From Candidatus Kapaibacterium sp. (GTDB taxonomy: Bacteria > Bacteroidota > Ignavibacteria > Kapaibacteriales > UBA2268): 64,000 bases of DNA. Shown here one piece after another: positions 1 to 9,808 of the stretch (within the stretch, counting starts at the first letter, position 1; each line of letters opens with the position of its first letter). The notes below the pieces were generated by a model. That model did not search any database. It was given only the letters and a program-made list of their open reading frames with translations, and was not told the DNA's origin. The stretch lies in contig OY762428.1 in assembly GCA_963665665.1 (NCBI GenBank), positions 2,976,001-3,040,000 on the forward strand. Reading direction: 5' to 3'. The position numbers and the translations under genes are program-made.

Positions 1-1083
1 GTTGGGCTTCATACTGCAAAGCTGAATATAATAACACAGGCTGAAACGCTTGAATATGATATTACAGGGATTGGCGAAGAAAGAAAATTGCATTTTGCCT
101 GCAATATTCTCGACTTTGGCGAAGTGGAAATTACGCAGGAAAAGACAATATCCGATACTGTTCTAATCAGGAATCTGACTAATCAGCAAATAAATATAAC
201 AGGCGTAAACCAGCTTGGGCCGGATATGGAGCAGTTTCATATTATCAGCGGCGGCGAGCCGTTCACTCTTGCCCCGAACGGCGACCACAAAATGACTTTA
301 CAGTTTATGCCGAAATATGGCGGCAGGACTTCAGGCCAGCTCGGCTTTGAATTCAATGGCGCAGGCAGCCCGGCAATAGTTCAGCTATTCGGCACAGGCA
401 AGGGCGGCCTTGTCTATGCAGCAGACGATTCAGCATACGCCGGAGACCAATTCAATATTAAGCTCATGCTCGGAAATGTTAAACCCGAGGGCATTGCTAA
501 ACTTGCCACTGATTATGAAGCAACAATCCGCTTCCAGAGAACACTACTTGCCCCCTCGGGAAGTATAGACTGGCAGAGTACGGTTGATTCAATCTATATT
601 ACAATCAAAGGCAAAATCGGCAACAGCCTGGAGATAGCTGAAATACCCGTTATTGCCTGTTTGGGCAATACTTTTGGAACTGCTATCGACGTTGTGGAAA
701 TGAAACTGCTTGATGAATCCGGCAACCCGATAGAATATGAATTTGAAAAACAGAGCGGTATTTTTACCCTCCTCGGTATCTGCCGCGAGGGCGGAGCCAG
801 GTTAATAAACCCTGATATTGAAGCCGGAATAATAAATATATTCCCCAACCCGGCGGAAAAGAGCCTGAATATTGAAATTTCACTGATTGAAGAAGGATAT
901 ACCGAACTGACAATTTCCAACTCAATAGGAGAATCTGTTCAAACATTATTTTCAGGAAATAACGATACCACCGGCGCAAACAAATTCAAAGCTGACATCA
1001 GCAATCTTGCCAACGGCGTTTACTATGTTATCCTGAAAACACCCAACCAGCATTTTATTGAGAAGGTGTTGGTGATTAGATAG
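1..1083 (+). CDS. T9SS-secreted protein, 5'-partial (Ig-like ASPM/choice-of-anchor D domain, cohesin-like region, T9SS C-terminal sorting domain)
   Basis: Frame is open from base 1 (VGLHTAKLNII...). Contains LDFGEV...FTLAPN...F.P....G Ig-like pattern. C-terminus is IFPNPA...LANGVYYVILKT...KVLVIR. Confidence 0.8.
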   Translation, partial: VGLHTAKLNIITQAETLEYDITGIGEERKLHFACNILDFGEVEITQEKTISDTVLIRNLTNQQINITGVNQLGPDMEQFHIISGGEPFTLAPNGDHKMTLQFMPKYGGRTSGQLGFEFNGAGSPAIVQLFGTGKGGLVYAADDSAYAGDQFNIKLMLGNVKPEGIAKLATDYEATIRFQRTLLAPSGSIDWQSTVDSIYITIKGKIGNSLEIAEIPVIACLGNTFGTAIDVVEMKLLDESGNPIEYEFEKQSGIFTLLGICREGGARLINPDIEAGIINIFPNPAEKSLNIEISLIEEGYTELTISNSIGESVQTLFSGNNDTTGANKFKADISNLANGVYYVILKTPNQHFIEKVLVIR

Positions 1084-1429
1084 GATAGAAATATAATTAG
1101 CTTGTCTCGTTATATAATATATGTTCAAAATATGAAACATTTTATACATGATGTTGTCATCTGCTTCACCATAATGTATTAGCGCTTGTATTTGTTTCTA
1201 TTCACTTTTATTACCAGCTTATATATTTAACCATAATAATCTAAGCTAATGTAATTTCTTTCTCACTGAGGAAAAAATTACACAAATTATTATGTACTAA
1301 CCTTATTATTTATGTGAAACTTGAAATTTTACAAAGTTTTCATATTTTTCATTTCATTTATATCCAGCATTTTAGTATTATCAAATATTAATAATTACTG
1401 GAATTTAATAAACTCGGGGAGCAAAAGAA

Positions 1430-3088
1430 ATGAAATCCACATTAAGCGTATTATTTATTCTATTTTTATTCGTGTCAGAAAGCTTAAAAGCAGAAGAATT
1501 CAAAGAGGTGAACAGCGAATTATCAGCAGTAACTGTGTTTCGCCAGGGGGCGACTCTGACTCACAAAGCTGAAGTAAAACTCGTGAAAGGCGTAAATAAT
1601 CTCTCAATAATAAATATCGGCGATTATGTTAACGAGCAGAGTATCAGGGTTCAGTCAGATAAAGAGATAACGTTGCTTTCTGTAAAACTTGGAACCAACT
1701 TTCTTGAAAATAATGATAAATCCAAAGAGCAGAAAAAACTTGAGGATTCCCTGGAAAAAGTAGGAAAGGAAATATCCCGTCAGCAGAACAGGAAAAATGT
1801 TCTTGGCGAAGAAGAGAACATGCTCCGCGAGAACCGTAAACTGACAGGCGACGGCAACCAGATAACAGTAACAGAAATCAGGCAAATGGCGGAATACTAT
1901 TCTGCCAGGGTAACAGAAATCAGGAATACATATCTTGAAATTGATGGGAATATCAAGGCTCTTGGGGAAACGCAGCAGAGACTTCAGCAGCAGCTAAATT
2001 CAATTAATGCGCAGAAGAAACCCCGAAAAGCTATCGAAATTAAAATTGACGCGGATAAAGCGGAGAAAGCAGATATTTTTGTTTCCTATTATTCACCACA
2101 GGCAGGCTGGGCACCATTTTATGATCTGAGAATTAAAGATACCGAGAGCGACCTTATGGCTGAGTACAAAGCATCCGTTCAGAACGGCAGCGGAGTTGAC
2201 TGGATTGATATGCCGCTAACCCTGTCAACTCGCAATCCTGTGACTAATAATATTGCGCCGCAGGTTAACCCCATTAGATTGAATTTTGTAGAGAATTTCA
2301 GGAATAAAAGCGGTTATGTGTCAACAAAGAATACACTTGCTCCTGGAACCAGAAAAATACCTACTGGCCCGGCATATGGAACTTTTACCGGAGAGGTTCC
2401 TGAAACAGGACAGGATTTATCAGGTTTTGCAGATGCTGTCGATTTTGGAGACGTAGAAATATCGGAAAATATCAGTTCCGTTTACTCTGTTGAATACACA
2501 ACTGAGGCAAAATATACCGTTCCCAGCGACTGGCAGGAAAGAAACGTACTGATGCTGCGCAAAGAAATACCAGCCAAATTCGAATACCTGACTGTTCCCA
2601 AATATGATATGAAAGCATACCTGACAGCAAAGATCGAGGATGCACATAAATATAACCTTCTGCCCGGCAGCGCTAACATATATTTCGAAAACACTTATGC
2701 CGGTGAAACATATATCAGTCCCGTGGATACCAAAAAAGACCTGACTGTATCAGTATCACCGGATGAAGGAATAGTCGTTAAGCGCGAGATGGTAGATGAT
2801 TTCACAGATTACAAATTCATGAGCAGCGACCTGGAAAGAAAATTCGGCTACCGGACAACGATCAAGAATAACAAACCCGGCAAAGTAAAGATAACAATGA
2901 AAAGCCAGATACCCGTTTCCATGAACGAGGACATTGAAGTGGAAGCTGTCAACCTTTCAGGCGGAAAACTTGAAAAAGATACCGGTATTATTACATGGGA
3001 GCTGGAAATTGAATCAGGGAAGAGTGTTGAGAAGATGCTTGTCTTCAGCGTTCGGCATCCCAAGGAAAAAACGGTTAATAATTTTTAG
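1430..3088 (+). CDS. DUF4140/DUF4139 (MuiA-like, TIGR02231-type) exported protein, copy 1
   Basis: Signal peptide, SAVTVFRQGA, coiled coil, GWAPFYDLR, QNGSGVDW..LTLST..P, LLPGSANIYFENTYAGET, SQIPVS, TGIITWEL. Confidence 0.85.
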   Translation: MKSTLSVLFILFLFVSESLKAEEFKEVNSELSAVTVFRQGATLTHKAEVKLVKGVNNLSIINIGDYVNEQSIRVQSDKEITLLSVKLGTNFLENNDKSKEQKKLEDSLEKVGKEISRQQNRKNVLGEEENMLRENRKLTGDGNQITVTEIRQMAEYYSARVTEIRNTYLEIDGNIKALGETQQRLQQQLNSINAQKKPRKAIEIKIDADKAEKADIFVSYYSPQAGWAPFYDLRIKDTESDLMAEYKASVQNGSGVDWIDMPLTLSTRNPVTNNIAPQVNPIRLNFVENFRNKSGYVSTKNTLAPGTRKIPTGPAYGTFTGEVPETGQDLSGFADAVDFGDVEISENISSVYSVEYTTEAKYTVPSDWQERNVLMLRKEIPAKFEYLTVPKYDMKAYLTAKIEDAHKYNLLPGSANIYFENTYAGETYISPVDTKKDLTVSVSPDEGIVVKREMVDDFTDYKFMSSDLERKFGYRTTIKNNKPGKVKITMKSQIPVSMNEDIEVEAVNLSGGKLEKDTGIITWELEIESGKSVEKMLVFSVRHPKEKTVNNF

Positions 3089-3102
3089 AGTGTATTTATA
3101 AT

Positions 3103-3131
3103 TCATCCGATGACTGAGAGTCATCGGATGA
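3103..3131. repeat. Palindromic REP-like hairpin TCATCCGATGACT-gag-AGTCATCGGATGA between the DUF4139 paralogs
   Basis: Perfect 13-bp inverted repeat. A related hairpin lies at 35219-35251. Confidence 0.7.
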
Positions 3132-3173
3132 TTGGGAATAATAAAAACAAACTATAACCAGAGGAAATAAGAA

Positions 3174-4820
3174 ATGAAATCGACATTAAGCGTATTATTT
3201 ATTCTATTTTTATTCGTGGCTGAAAATGTAAAATCTGAAGAATTTAAGGAAATAAACAGCGAATTATCGGCAGTAACTGTGTTTCGCCAGGGTGCTACTT
3301 TGACTCATAAAGCTGAGGTCAAACTCGTTAAAGGTGTAAATAATCTCTCGATAATAAATATCGGCGATTATGTTAACGAGCAGAGTATCAGGGTTCAGTC
3401 TGATAAAGAGATAACGTTGCTTTCAGTAAAACTGGGAACCAATTTCCTTGAGAATAATGATAAATCCAAAGAGCAGAAAAAACTTGAGGATTCACTTGAA
3501 AAAGTACAAAAGAAAATATCCCGCGAGCAGAACAGGAAAAATGTTCTTGGCGAAGAAGAGAACATGCTGCGCGAGAACCGTAAACTGACAGGCGACGGCA
3601 ACCAGATAACAGTAACAGAAATCAGGCAAATGGCTGAATATTATTCAGCAAGGGTAACAGAAATAAAGAACACATATCTTGAAATTGATGAGAAGATAAA
3701 AAAACTACGGGAAACTCAACAACGATTGCAACAGCAGCTGAATTCAATAAACGCACAAAAGAAACCAAGAAAAGCTATAGAAATAAAGATTGATGCGGAT
3801 AAAGCAGATAAAGCCGACATATTTGTATCATATTATACGACCAGGGCAAAATGGATCCCGTTCTATGATTTGAGAATTAAAGATACCGAGAGCGACCTGA
3901 CTGCGGAATACAAAGCATCAGTTCAAAACGGCAGCGGCGTCGACTGGATTGATATGCCGCTGACACTTTCCACACGCAATCCTGTGACTAATAATATTGC
4001 GCCGCAGGTTAACCCCATTAGATTGAATTTTGTAGAGAATTTCAGGAATAAAAGCGGTTATGTGTCAATTCAGAATGAAGCATATGTGACGCAAATAAGG
4101 GTTGATGGAGTTGATGTAAGTAAAAATCGAAAGTCTATGGATAAGAATCTATCAGGATTTGCAGATGCGGTCGATTTTGGAGATGTAGAAGTATCAGAAA
4201 ATATCAGCTCCGTTTACTCGGTTGAATACACAACAGAAGCCAAATATACTATCCCCAGCGACTGGCAGGAAAGAAACGTGCTGATGCTTCGCAGGGAAAT
4301 ACCAGCCAAATTTGAATACCTGACTGTGCCCAAATATGATATGAAAGCCTACCTGACAGCTAAAATTGAGGATGCTCATAAATATAACCTTCTGCCCGGC
4401 AGTGCCAATATATATTTCGAAAACACCTATGCCGGCGAAACATATATAAATCCCGTGGATACCAAAAAAGACCTGACAGTCTCAGTATCACCTGATGAAG
4501 GAATTGTCGTTAAGCGCGAGATGGTGGACGATTTCACTGATTACAAATTCATGAGCAGCGACCTGGAAAGAAAATTCGGCTACAGGACAACGATAAAGAA
4601 TAACAAACACGGCAAAGTTAAGATAACAATGAAAAGCCAGATACCTGTTTCCATGAATGAGGATATTGAAGTGGAAGCTGTCAACCTTTCCGGAGGCAAA
4701 CTTGAAAAAGATACCGGCATTATTACATGGGAGCTGGAAATTGAATCAGGGAAGATTGTTGAGAAGATGCTGGTATTCAGCGTTCGGCATCCAAAAGAAA
4801 AAACGGTTAATAATTTTTAG
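3174..4820 (+). CDS. DUF4140/DUF4139 (MuiA-like) exported protein, copy 2
   Basis: Near-identical to 1430..3088 except for a central ~27-31 aa segment and a few coiled-coil residues. Confidence 0.85.
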   Translation: MKSTLSVLFILFLFVAENVKSEEFKEINSELSAVTVFRQGATLTHKAEVKLVKGVNNLSIINIGDYVNEQSIRVQSDKEITLLSVKLGTNFLENNDKSKEQKKLEDSLEKVQKKISREQNRKNVLGEEENMLRENRKLTGDGNQITVTEIRQMAEYYSARVTEIKNTYLEIDEKIKKLRETQQRLQQQLNSINAQKKPRKAIEIKIDADKADKADIFVSYYTTRAKWIPFYDLRIKDTESDLTAEYKASVQNGSGVDWIDMPLTLSTRNPVTNNIAPQVNPIRLNFVENFRNKSGYVSIQNEAYVTQIRVDGVDVSKNRKSMDKNLSGFADAVDFGDVEVSENISSVYSVEYTTEAKYTIPSDWQERNVLMLRREIPAKFEYLTVPKYDMKAYLTAKIEDAHKYNLLPGSANIYFENTYAGETYINPVDTKKDLTVSVSPDEGIVVKREMVDDFTDYKFMSSDLERKFGYRTTIKNNKHGKVKITMKSQIPVSMNEDIEVEAVNLSGGKLEKDTGIITWELEIESGKIVEKMLVFSVRHPKEKTVNNF

Positions 4821-4864
4821 AGTGTTCTCATGATTCATGGGGTTGTCTAAAAAGTTAGAAAAGC

Positions 4865-4959
4865 TGTCATTTCCCGACAAGCCGGGATCTTCGACTGAGC
4901 GCAGCGAAGAATCCATAACCCGCATGAATACTGGATTCTTCACTTCGTTCAGAATGACA
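4865..4959. repeat. Inverted pair of GTCATT...GAAGAATCC-family REP-like elements with a nested mini-palindrome
   Basis: TGTCATT...CTGAGCGCAGCGAAGAATCC then GGATTCTTCACTTCGTTCAGAATGACA. Related copies at ~29800, ~38810, 50720, ~51150 and ~58620. Confidence 0.75.
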
Positions 4960-5206
4960 AATCGCAAAAATTCAGAATAATGAAACATCTCCATAAATAT
5001 AAAGAATATTTTATAATATACACTATAGTCGGTTTATGAGTAAAAATAAAAATATTGAAGAGAGTTTCGAAGCCGTTGTGTCAATTATCATAACAGCAGA
5101 GCTGTAACGGAATACAAAATGATTTAATATTATTTTAACGTCAGCTTTTAAATAAGCTGCAAAGCTTGTATTTTTGAAATATGAATATTTAACTAAGGAT
5201 AGGAAA

Positions 5207-6610
5207 ATGCTAAAAAATACGGCTTCTTTTAATTGTGCAGAACTTTCAGCAATTTTGGGCCCTGACAATATCATTAACTGCCCTCCGGACTTGAAGTGCA
5301 GTTCGCTTACTATTGATTCCCGAATGGTTCAGCCGGGAGCTTTGTTCGTAGCCCTTAAAGGCAGCCGGCTTGACGGGCATGAAAAAGCGATCGAGGCCTT
5401 TGAAAAAGGAGCTGCTGCCGTATTGTTAGAAAAAGAATATTATGAAAGCCATATTGATGATTTCAGTGGAAAAGCCGTTATGATAAGCGATTCCAATTTG
5501 TTGGCATTGGGTAAACTCGGGCATTACCACCGTATGAGGTTTAATATTCCAATAATAACTATAGGTGGAGCTAACGGAAAAACAACTACAAAAGATATGA
5601 CAGCCCACCTGCTGTCCCGGAAATATAATACCCACAAAACTTATGCTAATTTTAATAATCAACTGGGAACTCCGCTTGTTTTGTTGCAGTTGAATGATAA
5701 ACACGAGGCAGCGGTAATTGAAATAGCTACCAACGAGCCGGGAGAAATTGCAGTATTATCCGAAATGGCCGCACCTACACAGGGCCTGATTACCAATATT
5801 GGCGAAGAGCACCTGGAATTATTGATAGACCTGACCGGTGTGGAACTTGAAGAAACTTTTATGTTTGGCTACCTGCACAAGCAGGACGGTTATTGCTTTA
5901 TAAATATCGACGATGAAAGGCTTGCAAGATATTCAAAAATAATCGAGAATAATATTACCTACGGCACATCCGAGGGTGCAGATGTCAGGTTTGAATTTTC
6001 TCTTGACAGCGATCTTCACCCGGAAATAAAATTCTTCGCAGGTAATGAAGAATTCAGTGCTAAAATGAAAACAATTGGCTATACAACAGCCCTGAATGCT
6101 GCAGCTGCAACTGCTATTGCACTTGGTGTGGGAATGAACAGGGAAGAAATCACTGAAGGCCTGGAAACTTTTGAACCGGACAGAAGCCATGATTATGGAA
6201 GAATGCTTCTTGAAAAAATTCCCGGCATTACACTTATAAATGACTGCTACAATGCTAATCCTTCATCCATGAAACCTGCCCTGAAAACTTTACAGGCTTT
6301 GGAAACCAGGGGAAATAAAATTGCCGTACTGGGAGATATGCGTGAACTTGGAGACAGTTCCCGGGAAGGCCATGAGGAAATTCTGAAGATGGCATCAGAA
6401 GTTTGTGATGAAGTAATTACATTCGGACCCGAAATGAAAGCCGCAAATAGCAAGATTAATTTTGATAATGTTATTTCAACCGTGACTAAGGAAGATACCT
6501 TCAAGGCGGTTAAGGATATTGTCAAGGAAAACGATGCTATACTGGTAAAAGGTTCACGAGGGCTTAAAATGGAAGAAGTTGTTATAAAGTTAAAAGAAAT
6601 TTTTAGTTAA
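5207..6610 (+). CDS. murF: UDP-N-acetylmuramoyl-tripeptide--D-alanyl-D-alanine ligase
   Basis: IDSR..PGALFVAL.G...DGH, GANGKTTTKDM, NFNNQLG, INDCYNANPSSM, VLGDMRELG, LVKGSRG. Start moved to ATG 5207. Confidence 0.95.
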   Translation: MLKNTASFNCAELSAILGPDNIINCPPDLKCSSLTIDSRMVQPGALFVALKGSRLDGHEKAIEAFEKGAAAVLLEKEYYESHIDDFSGKAVMISDSNLLALGKLGHYHRMRFNIPIITIGGANGKTTTKDMTAHLLSRKYNTHKTYANFNNQLGTPLVLLQLNDKHEAAVIEIATNEPGEIAVLSEMAAPTQGLITNIGEEHLELLIDLTGVELEETFMFGYLHKQDGYCFINIDDERLARYSKIIENNITYGTSEGADVRFEFSLDSDLHPEIKFFAGNEEFSAKMKTIGYTTALNAAAATAIALGVGMNREEITEGLETFEPDRSHDYGRMLLEKIPGITLINDCYNANPSSMKPALKTLQALETRGNKIAVLGDMRELGDSSREGHEEILKMASEVCDEVITFGPEMKAANSKINFDNVISTVTKEDTFKAVKDIVKENDAILVKGSRGLKMEEVVIKLKEIFS

Positions 6611-7843
6611 ATGTCGTTACCGGTAAAAATAGCGCTTCGTTACGTGTTCTCGCGTAAATATTTTCATTTCATTACCGTGATCACATATATTTCGGTTATC
6701 GGGATAATGGCAGGTGTGGCTGCTTTAATAACCGTTATGTCGATTTTTAATGGTTTCAGGGAACTTACCGAAGAACAGATTGTGGGCTTCGATCCGCATA
6801 TTAGAATAAAAGCTGAAAACAGCAGGAAATTAAGAACCGATACAACGTTGATAAACAGAATAAATTCACTGCCCACGGTGAAAACATCAGCGGTATTTAT
6901 TAGCGGCAGGACAATTGCCGTTAGCGGAGAGGTGATTCAGGTAATTAATATTGCTGCTACTAATCGGCATAATACAGATTATCTTGAAGGTATTTCCCAG
7001 AGTATAATGTTCGGTAAGTTCGACCTTGGCAGCAGCCGGGATATTAATGGGGCTGTTATAGGAGCCGGACTTGCTGACAGAATGAAACTAATGCCGGGTG
7101 ATACGGTAATTTTTATGTCGCCGGAGCTGATTGAAAAATCCATTCGTACTTTCAGGAAATCAAAGGGCGTTAAGTGTATTGTTAATGGATTGTTTCAAAC
7201 AAATATCCGTGATTACGACCAGTCCTGGTGTTTTGTATCTGAAACTGCGGGGATGGAATTATTCCGTCAGAGCAGGGCTGCAAATTCATCTCTGGATATC
7301 AGGCTGGATAAATTAGAATCCGTACCTTTGGCAATTGAGCAAATGAAATCGTTCATTCCCGCAGAATTCAAAATCGAAACATGGCAGGACCTTAATCAGG
7401 AACTTTTCCGGGTAATGCGTTTCGAAAGGATGTCAACATTTATTATACTGTCGCTGATAATTATACTTGCAGTATTCAATGTACTGGTTTCTTTAACACT
7501 AACTGTAGTTGAAAAGCAAAGGGATATAGCAATATTAAAGTCCTTTGGGGCAACGGAAAAAATGATACGGAAAATTTTTATTATCGAAGGAGGAATAATT
7601 GCTTCGATAGGTACGTTTATTGGCGCGCTACTGGGGCTGGGGCTTTGTTTCGGGCAGATAGAATTCCAATGGTTCCGTTTGGACCCTATGAAATATATAG
7701 TGAATGCTATCCCGCTTTCAATCGATTGGTTCGACGTGCTGCTTGTTTGCGCGGTATCTCTTTTACTGGGTTTTATGGCAACAATATATCCGTCTTTCAG
7801 GGCATCATCCACAAAGATTATTCAGGCAATCAGGGAAGAATAA
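6611..7843 (+). CDS. Lipoprotein-releasing ABC transporter permease (LolC/LolE family)
   Basis: IALRY..SRK, GVAALITVMSIFNGF, TWQDLN, VVEKQRDIAILKSFGA, ATIYPS.RAS. Confidence 0.9.
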   Translation: MSLPVKIALRYVFSRKYFHFITVITYISVIGIMAGVAALITVMSIFNGFRELTEEQIVGFDPHIRIKAENSRKLRTDTTLINRINSLPTVKTSAVFISGRTIAVSGEVIQVINIAATNRHNTDYLEGISQSIMFGKFDLGSSRDINGAVIGAGLADRMKLMPGDTVIFMSPELIEKSIRTFRKSKGVKCIVNGLFQTNIRDYDQSWCFVSETAGMELFRQSRAANSSLDIRLDKLESVPLAIEQMKSFIPAEFKIETWQDLNQELFRVMRFERMSTFIILSLIIILAVFNVLVSLTLTVVEKQRDIAILKSFGATEKMIRKIFIIEGGIIASIGTFIGALLGLGLCFGQIEFQWFRLDPMKYIVNAIPLSIDWFDVLLVCAVSLLLGFMATIYPSFRASSTKIIQAIREE

Positions 7844-7892
7844 AAATATTTTTGATCCAATCCTGCATGATGATCGACTTTTGTGAGCAGTT

Positions 7893-8318
7893 CTATTTTG
7901 CTTTTAGGATATCCTTAACCATCCGGGCAAACTCATCTTCATCGTTTATGCTATAAAAAATTTCTTTACCAACCACAACCACGGGAAAATTATAGGAAAT
8001 TGGTTTTCCGGCTTTATAAAATACGAGCCTTCGCATGGTTAGTTTAATATTCATGTCAGAAATATCATAAACTGTAAACCTTATTCCTTCATCAGCAAGG
8101 GCTTCCTTTACATCGTTGCAGTGGCCGCAGTCGTCATTCGAAAAAACAAAAACATGTTTGTTTTCGCTATCCTTATAATTACCGTCAATTATTGACTCGA
8201 AATAATTTTCGTTGAAAGGTATTTTTTCGTCTTTCTCTGTTTTGCCTGAAGAGCATGAAAACAGAAAAACAAAAATTAATATAAATAATGTATGTGCAGG
8301 AAATTTGTTTTGTAGCAT
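7893..8318 (-). CDS. Glutaredoxin-like lipoprotein
   Basis: Lipobox LFSC, CGHC redox motif, cis-Pro motif NFPVVVVG. Confidence 0.75.
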   Translation of the reverse strand: MLQNKFPAHTLFILIFVFLFSCSSGKTEKDEKIPFNENYFESIIDGNYKDSENKHVFVFSNDDCGHCNDVKEALADEGIRFTVYDISDMNIKLTMRRLVFYKAGKPISYNFPVVVVGKEIFYSINDEDEFARMVKDILKAK

Positions 8319-8319
8319 G

Positions 8320-9303
8320 TTAAATTGTCGGAAGTTGATGATACAGATAGAAAATATAAGCAGTATAAATAATTAGAAGGAAAACTCCTTCAAGGCGGCT
8401 TACCCTGAGTCCGGTTAAAGCAATCGGCAAAATTATAACTGCAACAAACATCATTACTCCAAGATCCCAGATGCTGATATTCTGAGATGATATGGGGTGG
8501 ATAATAGATACAAAACCAAGTACGCAAAGAATGTTGAATATATTTGAACCGATAGCGTTTCCGATTGAAATATCACCCTCTTTTTTCAGCGATGCAACCA
8601 TTGAGGTAGCCAGTTCGGGAAGGCTGGTGCCAAATGCTACAATGGAAAGCCCTACAATAGCTTTTGGTGCCCCAAGGTAATCAGCAATATCAATGGCTCC
8701 GTCGAGGAACAAATTCGCACCGAAAACAAGTCCCGACATGCCGAGAATGATCATTAAAATATCAACAGAGGTTTTCCTTGGTTTTTTCGGTATATCCCCT
8801 GCATACATTTCCCTGATTGAATCGTCTTTTTCTTTGCGGGCAATGTATAAAGTCATTATTATATATATTATTATTCCAAGGGCCAGGATTATTCCGTCGA
8901 ACCTGCCTATTTCACCGTCGATCAACAGAACAAGAAGCAGAACAGAAGAAAATATCATTATGCCCATATCACGTTTTATCAGTTTCATATCTATCGTAAT
9001 TGGCCGGATAAAAGCCGCAATACCGATAATCAGTGCAATATTACATATATTCGAGCCAATTACATTTCCAAGGGCAATTTCAGAATTGCCACTCATTGCA
9101 GCGGATATACTTACAATTAGTTCCGGACTGCTCGTTCCGAAAGCAACAACAGTAAGGCCTGCTACCAGCGGCCTTATACCTGCCCTGACCGCAACCGACG
9201 CACTGCCGGAAACCAGCCCCTCGGCTCCGAAATAGAGCAGCAGGGTTCCAATCACAAGGAATAATACTGAAATTAGTAGATCTGATGCAGAAATTGCTTC
9301 CAT
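8320..9303 (-). CDS. Ca2+/Na+ antiporter (YrbG/CaCA family)
   Basis: Two alpha-repeats: AFGTSSPEL...GNVIGSNI and AFGTSLPEL...GNAIGSNI. Confidence 0.92.
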   Translation of the reverse strand: MEAISASDLLISVLFLVIGTLLLYFGAEGLVSGSASVAVRAGIRPLVAGLTVVAFGTSSPELIVSISAAMSGNSEIALGNVIGSNICNIALIIGIAAFIRPITIDMKLIKRDMGIMIFSSVLLLVLLIDGEIGRFDGIILALGIIIYIIMTLYIARKEKDDSIREMYAGDIPKKPRKTSVDILMIILGMSGLVFGANLFLDGAIDIADYLGAPKAIVGLSIVAFGTSLPELATSMVASLKKEGDISIGNAIGSNIFNILCVLGFVSIIHPISSQNISIWDLGVMMFVAVIILPIALTGLRVSRLEGVFLLIIYTAYIFYLYHQLPTI

Positions 9304-9808
9304 TTATTGTCCATTACGTCGATTCATCAAACTTAAGCTACAAAATTACAAATAAGTCACATAATATCAATTAAATAATATACGTCTCGATATATTTTTA
9401 TTCCAATCCTGATAATCCAGCAGGTATGGAAAACGTATAATCTGCAAAAACAGAATAGTTGAATGGATTGCACAGAATTATAAACCCAACGGATTTAAAG
9501 ATATTTTACGGACTTTTAATAAAAAAAAAGTTGAAAAACATTTTTTTTTTACTTTCAGCCCTTTTTATAAATTTTGCAAGTCGTTATAATGTAAGTAAAT
9601 AGGAATTGCATATATTTTCACTGAATATTGATAGAATTAAAATTTCAAAAAAAATAAAAAAATTCTGTAACTTTTCTATTATATTTGTGTTGCTTTTATT
9701 GTAATTGATAATACTACATGTATAAACCATTAATGACTACAATGTTGCAAAATAAATACTACAAAATATTTCACCTACTACATGTTTCATATTTGTATGG
9801 AGTCACTT

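Noticed and set aside
1321-1572. 83-aa ORF overlapping the DUF4139 start
   Set aside because: AT-rich promoter region read in an alternative frame, with a TTG start and no motif.
2325-4149. Diversity-generating retroelement acting on the DUF4139 pair
   Set aside because: No reverse transcriptase in the window. The variable segments are unrelated sequences, not adenine-specific variants.
9680-9687. Bacteroidota-type -7 promoter motif TATATTTG upstream of the large T9SS gene
   Set aside because: A single short match in very AT-rich DNA. It cannot be supported without TSS data.
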